NCBI GenBank assembly: GCA_963422375.2
Contig: OY729427.2
Span: forward strand, 640,001-704,000
Reading direction: 5' to 3'
DNA length: 64,000 nucleotides
Source: Bryobacterales bacterium
GTDB lineage: Bacteria; Acidobacteriota; Terriglobia; Bryobacterales; UBA6623
Position numbers and translations under genes: made by a program. Below the pieces are notes generated by a model. It did no database searches and was not told the DNA's origin. It worked only from the letters and a program-made list of their open reading frames with translations. Below are positions 40,525-50,294 of the stretch, one piece after another. Numbering within the stretch: position 1 is the first letter of the stretch; each line of letters begins with the position of its first letter.

Positions 40525-43500
40525 CTAGAAGTCGACCCGCAGCCCGAATTGGATCGAGCGCGGGATATTGCACTGCTGGAACACTTGTCCGAACGAACCC
40601 GCGCTCCAGTTGCCGTTTGGCGAGCAGAATATTGAGCGGTTGAAGATGTTGCCGAAGTTCGTCTCCCAGCGCATCTTGAACTGCTCGTTCAGCCAGATGT
40701 CCTTGAAGATGCTCAGGTCCTCGGTGATGTTCGCGAAGCCGCGCACCGTGCCGTCGTTGATCGGCGCGTTCCCGAACCGGAGGGCGCCCGGATCCGACCA
40801 GCCCCCCTTCGTTAGGTAGCGGTCGCTGTTGGGATCGAAACGGCCGCTGATCTGGGTGGTGCCGTCCGTCCCGAACTGGCGGTCGGGGCGCTTCTGCGGA
40901 TTGAACAGGAGCCCGCCCATGTCGTTGGCCATGCCCACGTTGATGGGACGCCCCTGGTCGAAGCGGAAGATGCCAGAGAAGCTCCAGCCGCCGATCAGTC
41001 GCGCGAGGCCGGCCTTCCGGTCCCGCATGAACGGAAGCTGGTAGGTCCAAGCAACGAAGGCGCTGTTAGGGATGTCGTCCGAACTGAGCGTCTTCACGTG
41101 CGGCTCGATCGGATTCTGCCGCCTGCCGCTGCGGCCGTCGTTTCCCTGGCCGCTCTCCGATCCGGTGCCTTCCAGTCGCGAGTACGTGTACGACGCGCGA
41201 AACTGCAAGCCGTTGCCGAAGCGTTTGTCCAGCTTGGTCTGGAAGGAGTGGTAGGTGCTCATGCCGGTCGGCACGCTGCGCCACCGGATGGACTGGATGT
41301 GCGGGAACGGCCGCAGGGCCTGCGCCACGTTTCCGGTAAAGCCCTCGTACGGCGGCCCGATGCCCGCCGCCTGCGCGACCGGCGAGTTGATGTCCGCGTT
41401 CAGCACGGCGGCTCCGTAGCTGATGACGTCGGGATGGTTCATGTTGTTCAGGAGGCCCATCGAGGTCGGGTGGTTCGTCAGCCGAGTCCCGCGGTTGCCG
41501 ATATAGGAGACGTCCAGGACCATGTTGTCGCTGAGCTGGCGCTGGAGCGTGACCGACCAGTTCTGGAACCTAGGCAGTGTCAGGTCGTCATCCGCCACCG
41601 TGATCGGCGCCTGGTTCAGCGACACGGTGGGATCCACGAACGGGGGCCGGATGATGAGGTCCCTAGGGATGCCGTCGTCCCAGTGGTATGTGGCCGTGCG
41701 GCCATTGTTGGTGTTGTTGGCCGCGGGAAAGTTCTCGAATCCGAGAATCGGCAGGCCGGTGAACTGGCTGTGCGCGACGCCCGAGTAGTAGATGCCGTAG
41801 CCTCCTCGGATCACGTTCTTGTCGCCCATGCGGTAGGCGAATCCGAAGCGCGGGCCCCAAGCGTCCTTCGGCGGCTTCTGGAACTTCCGTGAGCCCGTGC
41901 GCCCGGGACCGGTGCCCGCGAAGACCTGGGCGCCCAGCAGGCCGCCCGCCCCGGGATTGGGCGTGTTGAGGTCGAACGTCGAGTACTGGTCGTTGGTTTC
42001 GATGCGCGAGCTCTGGTAGTCCCAGCGCAGGCCCAAGGTCAGCGTCAGGTTGTTGGTGACCTTGCTGTCCACGTTGACCCACGGAGCCAAGTAGCCCTCG
42101 TAGAAGGTCGGCTCGGCGGGGATGTGGAACGTTCCGTTATGTACCTGGCCGAGGATGAACGAGGCGTACGGGTCTCCGGTCGAGGGGAGGTTGTTGCCCA
42201 GTGCGTCGTAGCCGCCCGTCTGCAGGCGATTGAAGCTGAAGGTCCCGCCGGGAGACGCGCCCCACTGGCGGAACGGATACTGGTGATGGCGGAACTCGAA
42301 ACCCATCTTGATCGTGTTCCGGCCCTTGACCCACGTGAGGTCATTGGAGAACTGATAGCGGTTGTTTGTGTTGAACCCGGGTCCGCCCTGTCGGCCGCCC
42401 CACGGGTTGCCGAGACCGGAATACGGAGTGTTGCCAGAGAAGCTGATGCTCGGCGCCCCGGTCCCTTCCTCGATCAGGCCGCCGCGGTCCTGGCCCCACA
42501 GCCTCTCGGGCCAGCCCGTGCCTGCCGACAGCGAGTGCCCGCCCATGTACCACCGGTCGTAGGCCAGCGTGGTGTGGTTGATCAGGTTGTTCGTGATGAT
42601 GTAGTCGAACTGCTGGTGCAGGTGATGGGTCGCGATTGTCTGCTGGAACCCCTGGCCGATGTAATTCGTGTTCTTCGAGAAGTCCGACCAGGAGTTCGCG
42701 CTGCAACCGCCCACGCCGCCGCAACGGCGGATCGACGGACGATCGTTCTCGAAGTAGCTGGTGGTCGAGCGGAAATTGTCCGTGAAGGCGTGGTCCACGC
42801 GGAACAGGACGGTCTGGATGTCGAAGGCCCAGGTCTGGTCGCCGGACCCGCCGTGGACATTGAAGGCGGTACCGGCGCGGTCGGGCTGGACCATCACGTC
42901 CGTGATCTGCTGCGCCGCGACACTGCGCAAGGGATGCGCCGCCGGAATCACGTTGTCGCGGAACGCGTCGCGCGTCGGCACGCCGCTCTCCGTCCTGGTC
43001 GAGTTGGGATCGAAGATAGCCCCTTCCATGATCGGCCTGCCGAGGACGTCGGTGCCGACTTGGTTGTCTGTCAGTAGCTGCCCGAAGTCGCCGCCCTTGA
43101 AAGCGTCTACCGGCGTGGTATTCGCGAAGCTCGGCAGCGTGCCCGAGCGGAAGTCGTAGATGTCCCAGTTGAGAAAGAAGAATGTCCGGTTCCGGCCGTT
43201 GTACACCTTCGGGATGTACACCGGCCCTCCGATGGTGCCGCCGTAGTTGTTCTTTCGGTCCTTCGGTCGGAACGTGCCGAAGAATCCGCTGGCGTTCAGC
43301 GCCTCGTTCGAGAAGTACTCGTACAGGGAGCCGTGCACCTGGTTGCTACCGGACTTGCTGGTGTACTCGATGAAGCCGCCGCTGGTGTGACCGTACTGCG
43401 CCGAATACGTCGTGTTGATCACCTTCATCTCGCGAATGCCCTCGATCGGAACGGCGCTCTCGTGCGTCTGCTGGTGGCCCTCGGCGAAGCCGAAGGCGGC

Positions 43501-44109
43501 GCCGTCGAAGAAATTCTCGGTGGCCATGGTCTGACCGCCGTTGATGCGCGAGTTGAACTGGCTGCCCTTGAACATCGGATCGCCGTTCGGCGCCATCGGC
43601 GTGTACCCGGGCTGGAGGAGCAAGAGCGATTCGGCGAGCCGGATGTCGGCGCCCATCACCACAGGGAGGTCCTCGTAGTACTTCTCGTCCACGGTGTGGG
43701 TCAAGTCGCCCTGCTGGGTGCTGAGCATCTCCGACGCCGCCACGACCTCGACCGTCTCGGTGACGTCGCCGAGCTCGAGGACGGCGTCCTGGCGGAAGAT
43801 CAGGCCACCGGTCAGCAGGATCCCGCTCCGCTGGTAACTCTTGAATCCGGGGCTCTCGACCCGAACGGTGTAGACGCCGAGGACCAGCGGCGGGGAGTTG
43901 AACGCGCCTGCCGAGTTCGACTCTAGGTTGGTGGCGACACCCGTGCCCTCGTCCAATAGCGTCACCGACGCGCCGGGTATGAGCGCGCCGGTGGGATCCA
44001 TTACGACACCGGTGATGATCGCCCGGTCGGCCCGCTGCGCGACCAGGGATGCGGCACAGGCGATGGAGAGGCAGACCATCGTCCACCGAATCAGCAGCTT
44101 GTCTTTCAC
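40525..44109 (-). CDS. TonB-dependent receptor (Oar-like)
   Basis: Signal peptide, ITG.V.DPTGA.IPGA.V, YSAQYG, KSGSNQ.HG..YEY, PRFGFAY, C-terminal PRSIQFGLRVDF. Confidence 0.93.
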   Translation of the reverse strand: MKDKLLIRWTMVCLSIACAASLVAQRADRAIITGVVMDPTGALIPGASVTLLDEGTGVATNLESNSAGAFNSPPLVLGVYTVRVESPGFKSYQRSGILLTGGLIFRQDAVLELGDVTETVEVVAASEMLSTQQGDLTHTVDEKYYEDLPVVMGADIRLAESLLLLQPGYTPMAPNGDPMFKGSQFNSRINGGQTMATENFFDGAAFGFAEGHQQTHESAVPIEGIREMKVINTTYSAQYGHTSGGFIEYTSKSGSNQVHGSLYEYFSNEALNASGFFGTFRPKDRKNNYGGTIGGPVYIPKVYNGRNRTFFFLNWDIYDFRSGTLPSFANTTPVDAFKGGDFGQLLTDNQVGTDVLGRPIMEGAIFDPNSTRTESGVPTRDAFRDNVIPAAHPLRSVAAQQITDVMVQPDRAGTAFNVHGGSGDQTWAFDIQTVLFRVDHAFTDNFRSTTSYFENDRPSIRRCGGVGGCSANSWSDFSKNTNYIGQGFQQTIATHHLHQQFDYIITNNLINHTTLAYDRWYMGGHSLSAGTGWPERLWGQDRGGLIEEGTGAPSISFSGNTPYSGLGNPWGGRQGGPGFNTNNRYQFSNDLTWVKGRNTIKMGFEFRHHQYPFRQWGASPGGTFSFNRLQTGGYDALGNNLPSTGDPYASFILGQVHNGTFHIPAEPTFYEGYLAPWVNVDSKVTNNLTLTLGLRWDYQSSRIETNDQYSTFDLNTPNPGAGGLLGAQVFAGTGPGRTGSRKFQKPPKDAWGPRFGFAYRMGDKNVIRGGYGIYYSGVAHSQFTGLPILGFENFPAANNTNNGRTATYHWDDGIPRDLIIRPPFVDPTVSLNQAPITVADDDLTLPRFQNWSVTLQRQLSDNMVLDVSYIGNRGTRLTNHPTSMGLLNNMNHPDVISYGAAVLNADINSPVAQAAGIGPPYEGFTGNVAQALRPFPHIQSIRWRSVPTGMSTYHSFQTKLDKRFGNGLQFRASYTYSRLEGTGSESGQGNDGRSGRRQNPIEPHVKTLSSDDIPNSAFVAWTYQLPFMRDRKAGLARLIGGWSFSGIFRFDQGRPINVGMANDMGGLLFNPQKRPDRQFGTDGTTQISGRFDPNSDRYLTKGGWSDPGALRFGNAPINDGTVRGFANITEDLSIFKDIWLNEQFKMRWETNFGNIFNRSIFCSPNGNWSAGSFGQVFQQCNIPRSIQFGLRVDF

Positions 44110-44468
44110 GGGCTTCCTCCTTGGATGCCGGTTTCCATGCGCGGGCGGCCGCCTTGCCGGCCCCAGGCGCGACCGTCGATTGAATTGCCCCGGGAGAGTA
44201 CCATGCAGCCGGCACTACCGTCAAGCCCCCGGGCCGCAACTGAGACCGTCGCGGCCCGGCACCTCGCACGCGCCGTCGTGGCATCGCCCAAGATCGGGGG
44301 CCGGCGGCGGGCCGGCGAGGGCTCAGGGGCGACGGGTCGCGTACCGGATTCCCGCGGTTGCCGCCGGCTGGTTGCACCTAGCAGGGCAGAGGTCGCCCGC
44401 GCAACGGGGAATCCGCGCAGCCGCCGCGCTTGCGCGACCCCTCGCAGGAGCAATAGGCTGTTGGGACG

Positions 44469-45350
44469 ATGCGACTCCTAGGCGTAATGCTCTTGGTCAC
44501 CGCTGCCACGACCGCGGCAGGCCCGGTCAACGTGCTGGTCTGGGACGAGCGCCAACCCAAGCAGGCCGAAGCCTACGACAACTTCCTCGGCAACGAGATC
44601 GCGCGGCGCCTCGGCGCGCTGCCCGGGCTGAACGTCATGTCCGCCGGCCAGGACGACCCCGGGCACGGTCTCAGCTCGCTGGGCGACCAAGACGTGCTGC
44701 TGTGGTGGGGACACGTGCGCCAAGGCGAGGTGCCCGACGAGGTGGGCCTGCGGATCGTGGATCGGGTGCGCGCCGGCCAGCTGGCGCTTGTCGCGCTGCA
44801 TTCGGCCCACTGGTCCGTGCCCTTCATTGAAGCGATGTTTGCCCGCACGCGCCAAGACGCACGACGCCGGTTCCCGCATCCGGACACCGAGATCGAATTC
44901 GTCCGGCCGCCGGGCCGCTTCCCTCCGACCTACGATTCGATCGTCACGCCCGCCTACTACGCCTTCGTGCGGCGCGGGGCCGTCTCGCAGGTTCGCGTCG
45001 ACCTGCCCAACTGCGTGTTCCCGGGCGTGAACGCCCACGGCTTCCCGAGCAGGGTCACGGTCACGAGGCCCGACCACCCGATCATGGCGGGACTGCCCGC
45101 CGAGTTCGAGATCCCGGCCAGCGAGATGTACGACGAGCCGTTCCACGTGCCGGATCCGGACGCGGTGCTGTTCCGGGAGACGTGGCGAGGCGGGGGGCGC
45201 TTCCGCGGCGGGATGCTCTGGAACCTGGGCCAAGGCAAGATCTTCTACTTCCGTCCGGGACACGAAACATTTCCGGTGTTCAAAGATTCCAACGTGCTGA
45301 AGATTCTCGAGAACGCCGTGCGCTGGCTGGGCGGGCAGGTCGAGCGCTGA
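44469..45350 (+). CDS. ThuA domain protein
   Basis: VLVWDE, DVLLWWGH, LVALHSAHWS, EMYDEPF.VP.PD, GKIFYFRPGHET. Confidence 0.88.
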   Translation: MRLLGVMLLVTAATTAAGPVNVLVWDERQPKQAEAYDNFLGNEIARRLGALPGLNVMSAGQDDPGHGLSSLGDQDVLLWWGHVRQGEVPDEVGLRIVDRVRAGQLALVALHSAHWSVPFIEAMFARTRQDARRRFPHPDTEIEFVRPPGRFPPTYDSIVTPAYYAFVRRGAVSQVRVDLPNCVFPGVNAHGFPSRVTVTRPDHPIMAGLPAEFEIPASEMYDEPFHVPDPDAVLFRETWRGGGRFRGGMLWNLGQGKIFYFRPGHETFPVFKDSNVLKILENAVRWLGGQVER

Positions 45351-45415
45351 GCGGGCAAACCCGTACGGAGCCAACTTCCGCAACCCCCGCACGGTCCCAG
45401 GCCCGGCACGAAGCG

Positions 45416-45934
45416 TCACAAGGGCAGCGGCCGCACCAAGTAGCGCACCTTGACGCGGCCGTGGTCCTGAGCACCCACAGGCTCGAAGCCGAGTCGTTCG
45501 TGGAACCGGAGCGAGCCATCGTTGGGCGGACGCAGGTTCACTTCCGCTGCCAGCAGGCGGTATGGCCGGCCCACACTGGCAGCCGCGTCGCGATAGAGCG
45601 CGTCCGCCACGCCCCGGCGCCGGTACGACGCGGAGACCGCAACTCGATCCACGTAGAGGAAGTCGTCGTACCGCTGGCTGAACCAGCGGAAGTTCGCGCT
45701 GCCGTACGGGGCATCGGGCGCCAGGCAGATCAGAAATCCAGCAATCTCCTGCCCGGCGACGGCCACGCGAAAGTAGACGGCCTGCCGGACGAACCATCGG
45801 AGCCGCTCGTGCGTGAGACTGTTCATCGCCGGGATGGATCTCTCGTTAATCGCCAGCACGGCCGCGAGATCGGCATCCGTCACGTCCCGGATCCGAACGG
45901 AGGCGCCCGCCTCGGGTGGAGATTCGCGACGCAT
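45416..45934 (-). CDS. GNAT family N-acetyltransferase
   Basis: Y.S.NF.WF, FLYVDRVAV...RRRGVA, EVN..PPN..SLRFH..LGF. Confidence 0.88.
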   Translation of the reverse strand: MRRESPPEAGASVRIRDVTDADLAAVLAINERSIPAMNSLTHERLRWFVRQAVYFRVAVAGQEIAGFLICLAPDAPYGSANFRWFSQRYDDFLYVDRVAVSASYRRRGVADALYRDAAASVGRPYRLLAAEVNLRPPNDGSLRFHERLGFEPVGAQDHGRVKVRYLVRPLPL

Positions 45935-46058
45935 GCACTCGCGAGGCCCGCAAGCCGCGACCGCCGAGCGATTCGCCTGCGGCGGACCCCCTCAATGAGC
46001 TCCAACTTTTCGGTCCGTCGGGAACCGAATCGGTCCGTCGGCCGTCTGCAGACAGCAT

Positions 46059-47708
46059 ATGATACCCAAGCGAGCGCGAGTCATCGAAGGCGCAGGCTGC
46101 CTGGCAGTGCTGGCATTCGTACTCACGGGAGCCTGCGAGGAGCGAGCCTCGCAGGCACCGAAGGCGGCCGGCGGGCCTCCGCCAAGTCCGCCGCAGATGC
46201 ATACCGAGATCATCAGGCCGCCGGTGAGTTCGGCGGTCATCGGCACGCCCATGTTTGCCGAGCGCTCGACCGGCGGCACGACGGACGGAGACCGGTTCCC
46301 GAGCTACCAAGACAGCCGGGTGCGGGCGGCAGCCGAGCATCGCGTGTCGACCTTCTCGATCGATGTCGACACGGGTTCCTACAGCTTCGTGCGGGCGGCG
46401 CTCAATCGCGGCCACCTGCCGGATCCAGACGCCGTCCGCGTGGAGGAGCTGGTGAATTACTTCCCCTATGCTTACCCCGCGGCAAGCGAGCGCGGCAAGC
46501 CGTTCGCGGCGACGGTGTCCGTCGCGGCCACGCCTTGGAACGCCGGGACCAAGCTGCTCCACATCGGGATCAAGGGCTACGAACTCGGGAACAGCGGTCG
46601 GCCGCGCGCCAATCTGGTGTTCCTCATCGACACGTCGGGCTCAATGGACGAGCCGAACAGGCTTCCACTGGTAGTCCAGTCCCTGAAGGTGCTTCTCGGG
46701 AACCTCGATCCGAAGGACCGGGTGGCGGTCGTGACCTACGCGAGCGAAGTGGGCACGGCGCTCGAGCCCACGCCCGTGGCCGAGCGCTCCAAGATCCTGG
46801 CGGTGCTGGACAGCCTGCAGGCAGGAGGATCCACCGCAGGAGGGGCGGGTCTCACGGAGGCGTACCGGCTGGCAGAGAGCGACTACATCGAGGGCGGCCT
46901 GAATCGCGTGATTCTCGCCACCGACGGCGATTTCAACGTCGGGATGACGGACACCGCGGTGCTCAAGGGCTTCGTCGCGGCAAGGCGGTCCAAGGGCGTC
47001 TACCTGTCGGTGCTCGGATTCGGGATGGGCAACTACCACGACTCGCTCATGCAGGCGCTGGCCCAGAACGGCAACGGCAACGCGGCCTATATCGACACCT
47101 TGAGGGAAGCGCGCAAGGTGCTGGAGCAGGAAGCGACCTCCGTCATGTTCCCGATCGCGAAGGACGTCAAGATCGAAGTGGAATTCAACCCGCACACCGT
47201 GAGCGAGTACCGCCTGATCGGCTACGAGAGCAGGCTTCTGGCGCGGGACGACTTCCGCAACGACAAGGTGGACGCCGGCGAAATCGGCGCCGGGCACACG
47301 GTGACCGCGCTCTACGAGATCACTCCGGCGGGCTCGGGCGCCGCGCTCGTCGGTTCCTTGAGGTACCGGCCGCAGGGCGGGCCGCCGGCTGGCGTCTCCG
47401 ACGAGTACGCGTGCGTCAAGATCCGCTACAAGCTTCCGGACAGCGAGACGAGCACGGAGATCACCCGGGTCGTCGGGCCGGACGACGAGCTGCCGCGCCT
47501 CGGGGCCCTCTCGCAGGAGACGCGCTTCAGCGCGGCCGTCGCAGGGTTCGGCCAGCTCCTGCGCGGAGGCACCTACACCGGCGACTTCGACTTCGGCGAC
47601 GTGATCGACCTTGCGCAAGGAGCTCAGGGCGCCGACCACTTCGGCTACCGCAGGGAGTTCATCGAGCTAGTGCGCGCCGCCCGGACCGTCGCGGATCTCG
47701 ACCTCTGA
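46059..47708 (+). CDS. YfbK-like von Willebrand factor A domain lipoprotein
   Basis: LTGAC lipobox; STFSIDVDTGSY, VRVEELVNYF, DTSGSM, ILATDGDFNVG, IAKDVK.EVEFNP, DAGEIG. Confidence 0.92.
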   Translation: MIPKRARVIEGAGCLAVLAFVLTGACEERASQAPKAAGGPPPSPPQMHTEIIRPPVSSAVIGTPMFAERSTGGTTDGDRFPSYQDSRVRAAAEHRVSTFSIDVDTGSYSFVRAALNRGHLPDPDAVRVEELVNYFPYAYPAASERGKPFAATVSVAATPWNAGTKLLHIGIKGYELGNSGRPRANLVFLIDTSGSMDEPNRLPLVVQSLKVLLGNLDPKDRVAVVTYASEVGTALEPTPVAERSKILAVLDSLQAGGSTAGGAGLTEAYRLAESDYIEGGLNRVILATDGDFNVGMTDTAVLKGFVAARRSKGVYLSVLGFGMGNYHDSLMQALAQNGNGNAAYIDTLREARKVLEQEATSVMFPIAKDVKIEVEFNPHTVSEYRLIGYESRLLARDDFRNDKVDAGEIGAGHTVTALYEITPAGSGAALVGSLRYRPQGGPPAGVSDEYACVKIRYKLPDSETSTEITRVVGPDDELPRLGALSQETRFSAAVAGFGQLLRGGTYTGDFDFGDVIDLAQGAQGADHFGYRREFIELVRAARTVADLDL

Positions 47709-47830
47709 CCCGGGAATCCAGATTCGCGGCCGCCGACGCCGGCGGGCACCGCCCGCGGATCGATTCCGCGCCCGGGCCGCTTCGCGTGAAGACGGCGCGA
47801 GGCCCCGGCCAAGACGGCTACCCTGAATGT

Positions 47831-50275
47831 ATGAGGGGGACCTCGTACCGGCCGCGGGATATCGAGCCGAAGTGGCAGGAGTACTGGAAGCGGCACCACG
47901 TCTACCGCGCCGAAACCGACCCGGGCAAGCCCAAGTACTACGTTCTCGAGATGCTGCCGTACCCCTCTGGAGTGCTGCACATGGGCCACGTGCGCAATTA
48001 CTCCATCGGCGACGCGCTGGCCCGCTACAAGCGCATGCAGGGCTTCCGCGTGCTGCACCCGATGGGCTGGGACTCGTTCGGGCTGCCGGCCGAGAACGCG
48101 GCGATCAAGAACAGGCGCGACCCCGGCGAGTGGACGAAATCCAACATCGAGGCCATGAAGCGCCAGCTAGGGGCCTTCGGCTTCAGCTACGACTGGGATT
48201 GCGAAACGTCGAGCTGCGAGCCGGAGTACTACCGCTGGAACCAGTGGTTCTTCCTGCGCATGTGGGAGCGCGGCCTCGCCTACCGCAAGAGCGCCGCCGT
48301 TAACTGGTGCCCCGACTGCGCCACGGTGCTGGCGAACGAGCAGGTGGTCGACGGCTGCTGCTGGCGCCACGAGGAGACGCCCGTCGAGCAGCAGGAGCGC
48401 GAGCAGTGGTTCTTCCGCACGACGGCGTACGCAGACGAGCTGCTCCAGGCCTTGGAATTCCTCGAGGGCGGATGGCCGGAGCGCGTTCTCGCGATGCAGC
48501 GGAACTGGATCGGCCGCTCCGTCGGCACGGAGGTCGACTTCACCGTGCAGGGCTCGGGCGAGAGGATTCGGGTGTTCACCACGCGCGTCGACACCATCTT
48601 CGGCACCACCTGCCTGATCCTCGCCCCCTTGCATCCCCTGGTTGCGAGGCTGGACCTCGGCGGGCGCGGCCAGGCGTTGGCGGCGGACGCGGCCAGCAAG
48701 AGCCCGGACGACCTGGAGAAGAAGGGTTTCTTCACCGGGCACCATGCCGTGAACCCCTACAGCGGCGAGGCGGTCCCGGTATGGGTCGGGAACTTCGTCG
48801 TCATGGGCTACGGCACTGGCGCGATCATGGCAGTGCCGGCCCACGACCAGCGCGACTTCGAGTTCTGCCGCAAGCACGGCATCGATGTCTTTCCCGTCAT
48901 TCGCCCCGCCGACAGCGAGCTCGCCCGCGCCGGCGAGATGACCGAGGCCTTCGCGGACTACGGCGTGGTCGAGCGGTCCGGCGAATTCAGCGGCCTCGCC
49001 AGCCAGGAAGCCATCGAGCGAATGAGCGCCAAGGCGGAGGCAGGGGGATTCGGCAAGGCCGCGGAGACGTTCCGCCTGCGCGACTGGGGCATCTCCCGCC
49101 AGCGCTACTGGGGCACGCCGATTCCCGCGATCCGCTGCGACCGCTGCGGCATGGTGCCGGTCCCCGACGAGGACCTGCCCGTGCTGCTGCCTCGCGGCGT
49201 CGAACTCACCGGCTCGGGAGAATCCCCTCTGCGCAGCGTTCCGGAGTTCCTAGACGCAGACTGCCCGCAATGCGGCGGACCAGCCGAGCGGGAGTCGGAC
49301 ACGATGGACACGTTCGTGGATTCGAGCTGGTACTTCTACCGGTACGTGGACGCCCGCAACGAGAGCGCGCCCTACTCCACCGAGAGGGTCGCATTCTGGT
49401 TTCCCATCGACCAGTACATCGGGGGCATCGAGCATGCCGTCCTGCACCTGATCTACTGCCGCTTCTTCACGAAGGTCATGCGCGACCTCGGCCTGATCGA
49501 CTGGGACGAGCCGATCCGCCGGCTGTTCACCCAAGGGATGGTGATCCGCGACGGGCGCAAGATGTCCAAGAACCTAGGGAACGTCGTCAGCCCGGAGGAA
49601 CTCGTGGCGCAATACGGCTCCGACACCGCTCGCATGTTCGCGCTGTTCGCCGCACCGCCCGAGCGCGACCTGGACTGGCTGGACGAGGGCGTCGAGGGGA
49701 TGTGGCGTTTCCTGTCGCGTGTGCATCGATTCGTCGTGCGCAACGCCAGCGACGGCGTGGAAGCGAGTGCCGCCGCCCGCAGCGAGGCGGACCGGGCCGC
49801 CCTAAGAAAGCTGCACCAGACCATCAAGCGGGTGACCTCCGACTTCGAGACGCGCTGGCACTTCAACACGTCCATCGCCTCGATCATGGAGCTCACCAAC
49901 CGGCTCCACGACCTCGAGGGACAGGTCTCGGACGGGGTCATGCAAGCGTCCTTGCAGGGCCTCACGCTGCTGCTGAGCCCGTTCGCCCCGCACATAACGG
50001 AGGAGCTGTGGCAGGTGCTGGGCCAAGAAGCACCTCTGCTCAACGCGCGCTGGCCGGTCTTCGACCCGTCGCTAGCCCGCGAGGACACCGTGCAGGTCGT
50101 CGTCCAGGTCAACGGCAGGCTGCGCGACCGCCTGACGGTGCCGAAGGGCCTGGCCAGGAACCAGCTGACCGCGCGCGCGAGGGAGTCCGAAAGAATCCAG
50201 GCACTGCTCGCCGGCAGGACGGTCCGCAAGGTCATAGAGGTTCCCGACAGGCTGGTGAACTTCGTCGCGATGTGA
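47831..50275 (+). CDS. leuS: Leucine--tRNA ligase
   Basis: LEMLPYPSG.LHMGH, GWDSFGLPAENAA, LRDWGISRQRYWG, DTMDTFVDSSWY, GGIEHA, KMSKN. Confidence 0.98.
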   Translation: MRGTSYRPRDIEPKWQEYWKRHHVYRAETDPGKPKYYVLEMLPYPSGVLHMGHVRNYSIGDALARYKRMQGFRVLHPMGWDSFGLPAENAAIKNRRDPGEWTKSNIEAMKRQLGAFGFSYDWDCETSSCEPEYYRWNQWFFLRMWERGLAYRKSAAVNWCPDCATVLANEQVVDGCCWRHEETPVEQQEREQWFFRTTAYADELLQALEFLEGGWPERVLAMQRNWIGRSVGTEVDFTVQGSGERIRVFTTRVDTIFGTTCLILAPLHPLVARLDLGGRGQALAADAASKSPDDLEKKGFFTGHHAVNPYSGEAVPVWVGNFVVMGYGTGAIMAVPAHDQRDFEFCRKHGIDVFPVIRPADSELARAGEMTEAFADYGVVERSGEFSGLASQEAIERMSAKAEAGGFGKAAETFRLRDWGISRQRYWGTPIPAIRCDRCGMVPVPDEDLPVLLPRGVELTGSGESPLRSVPEFLDADCPQCGGPAERESDTMDTFVDSSWYFYRYVDARNESAPYSTERVAFWFPIDQYIGGIEHAVLHLIYCRFFTKVMRDLGLIDWDEPIRRLFTQGMVIRDGRKMSKNLGNVVSPEELVAQYGSDTARMFALFAAPPERDLDWLDEGVEGMWRFLSRVHRFVVRNASDGVEASAAARSEADRAALRKLHQTIKRVTSDFETRWHFNTSIASIMELTNRLHDLEGQVSDGVMQASLQGLTLLLSPFAPHITEELWQVLGQEAPLLNARWPVFDPSLAREDTVQVVVQVNGRLRDRLTVPKGLARNQLTARARESERIQALLAGRTVRKVIEVPDRLVNFVAM

Positions 50276-50294
50276 CGCTCTCGTCCGGATTGCG

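Noticed and set aside
45182..50275. 1697-aa ORF that looks like a giant LeuRS fusion
   Set aside because: The first 883 codons are an off-frame shadow over the ThuA end, GNAT and vWA genes with low-complexity R/G/A sequence; LeuS starts at 47831
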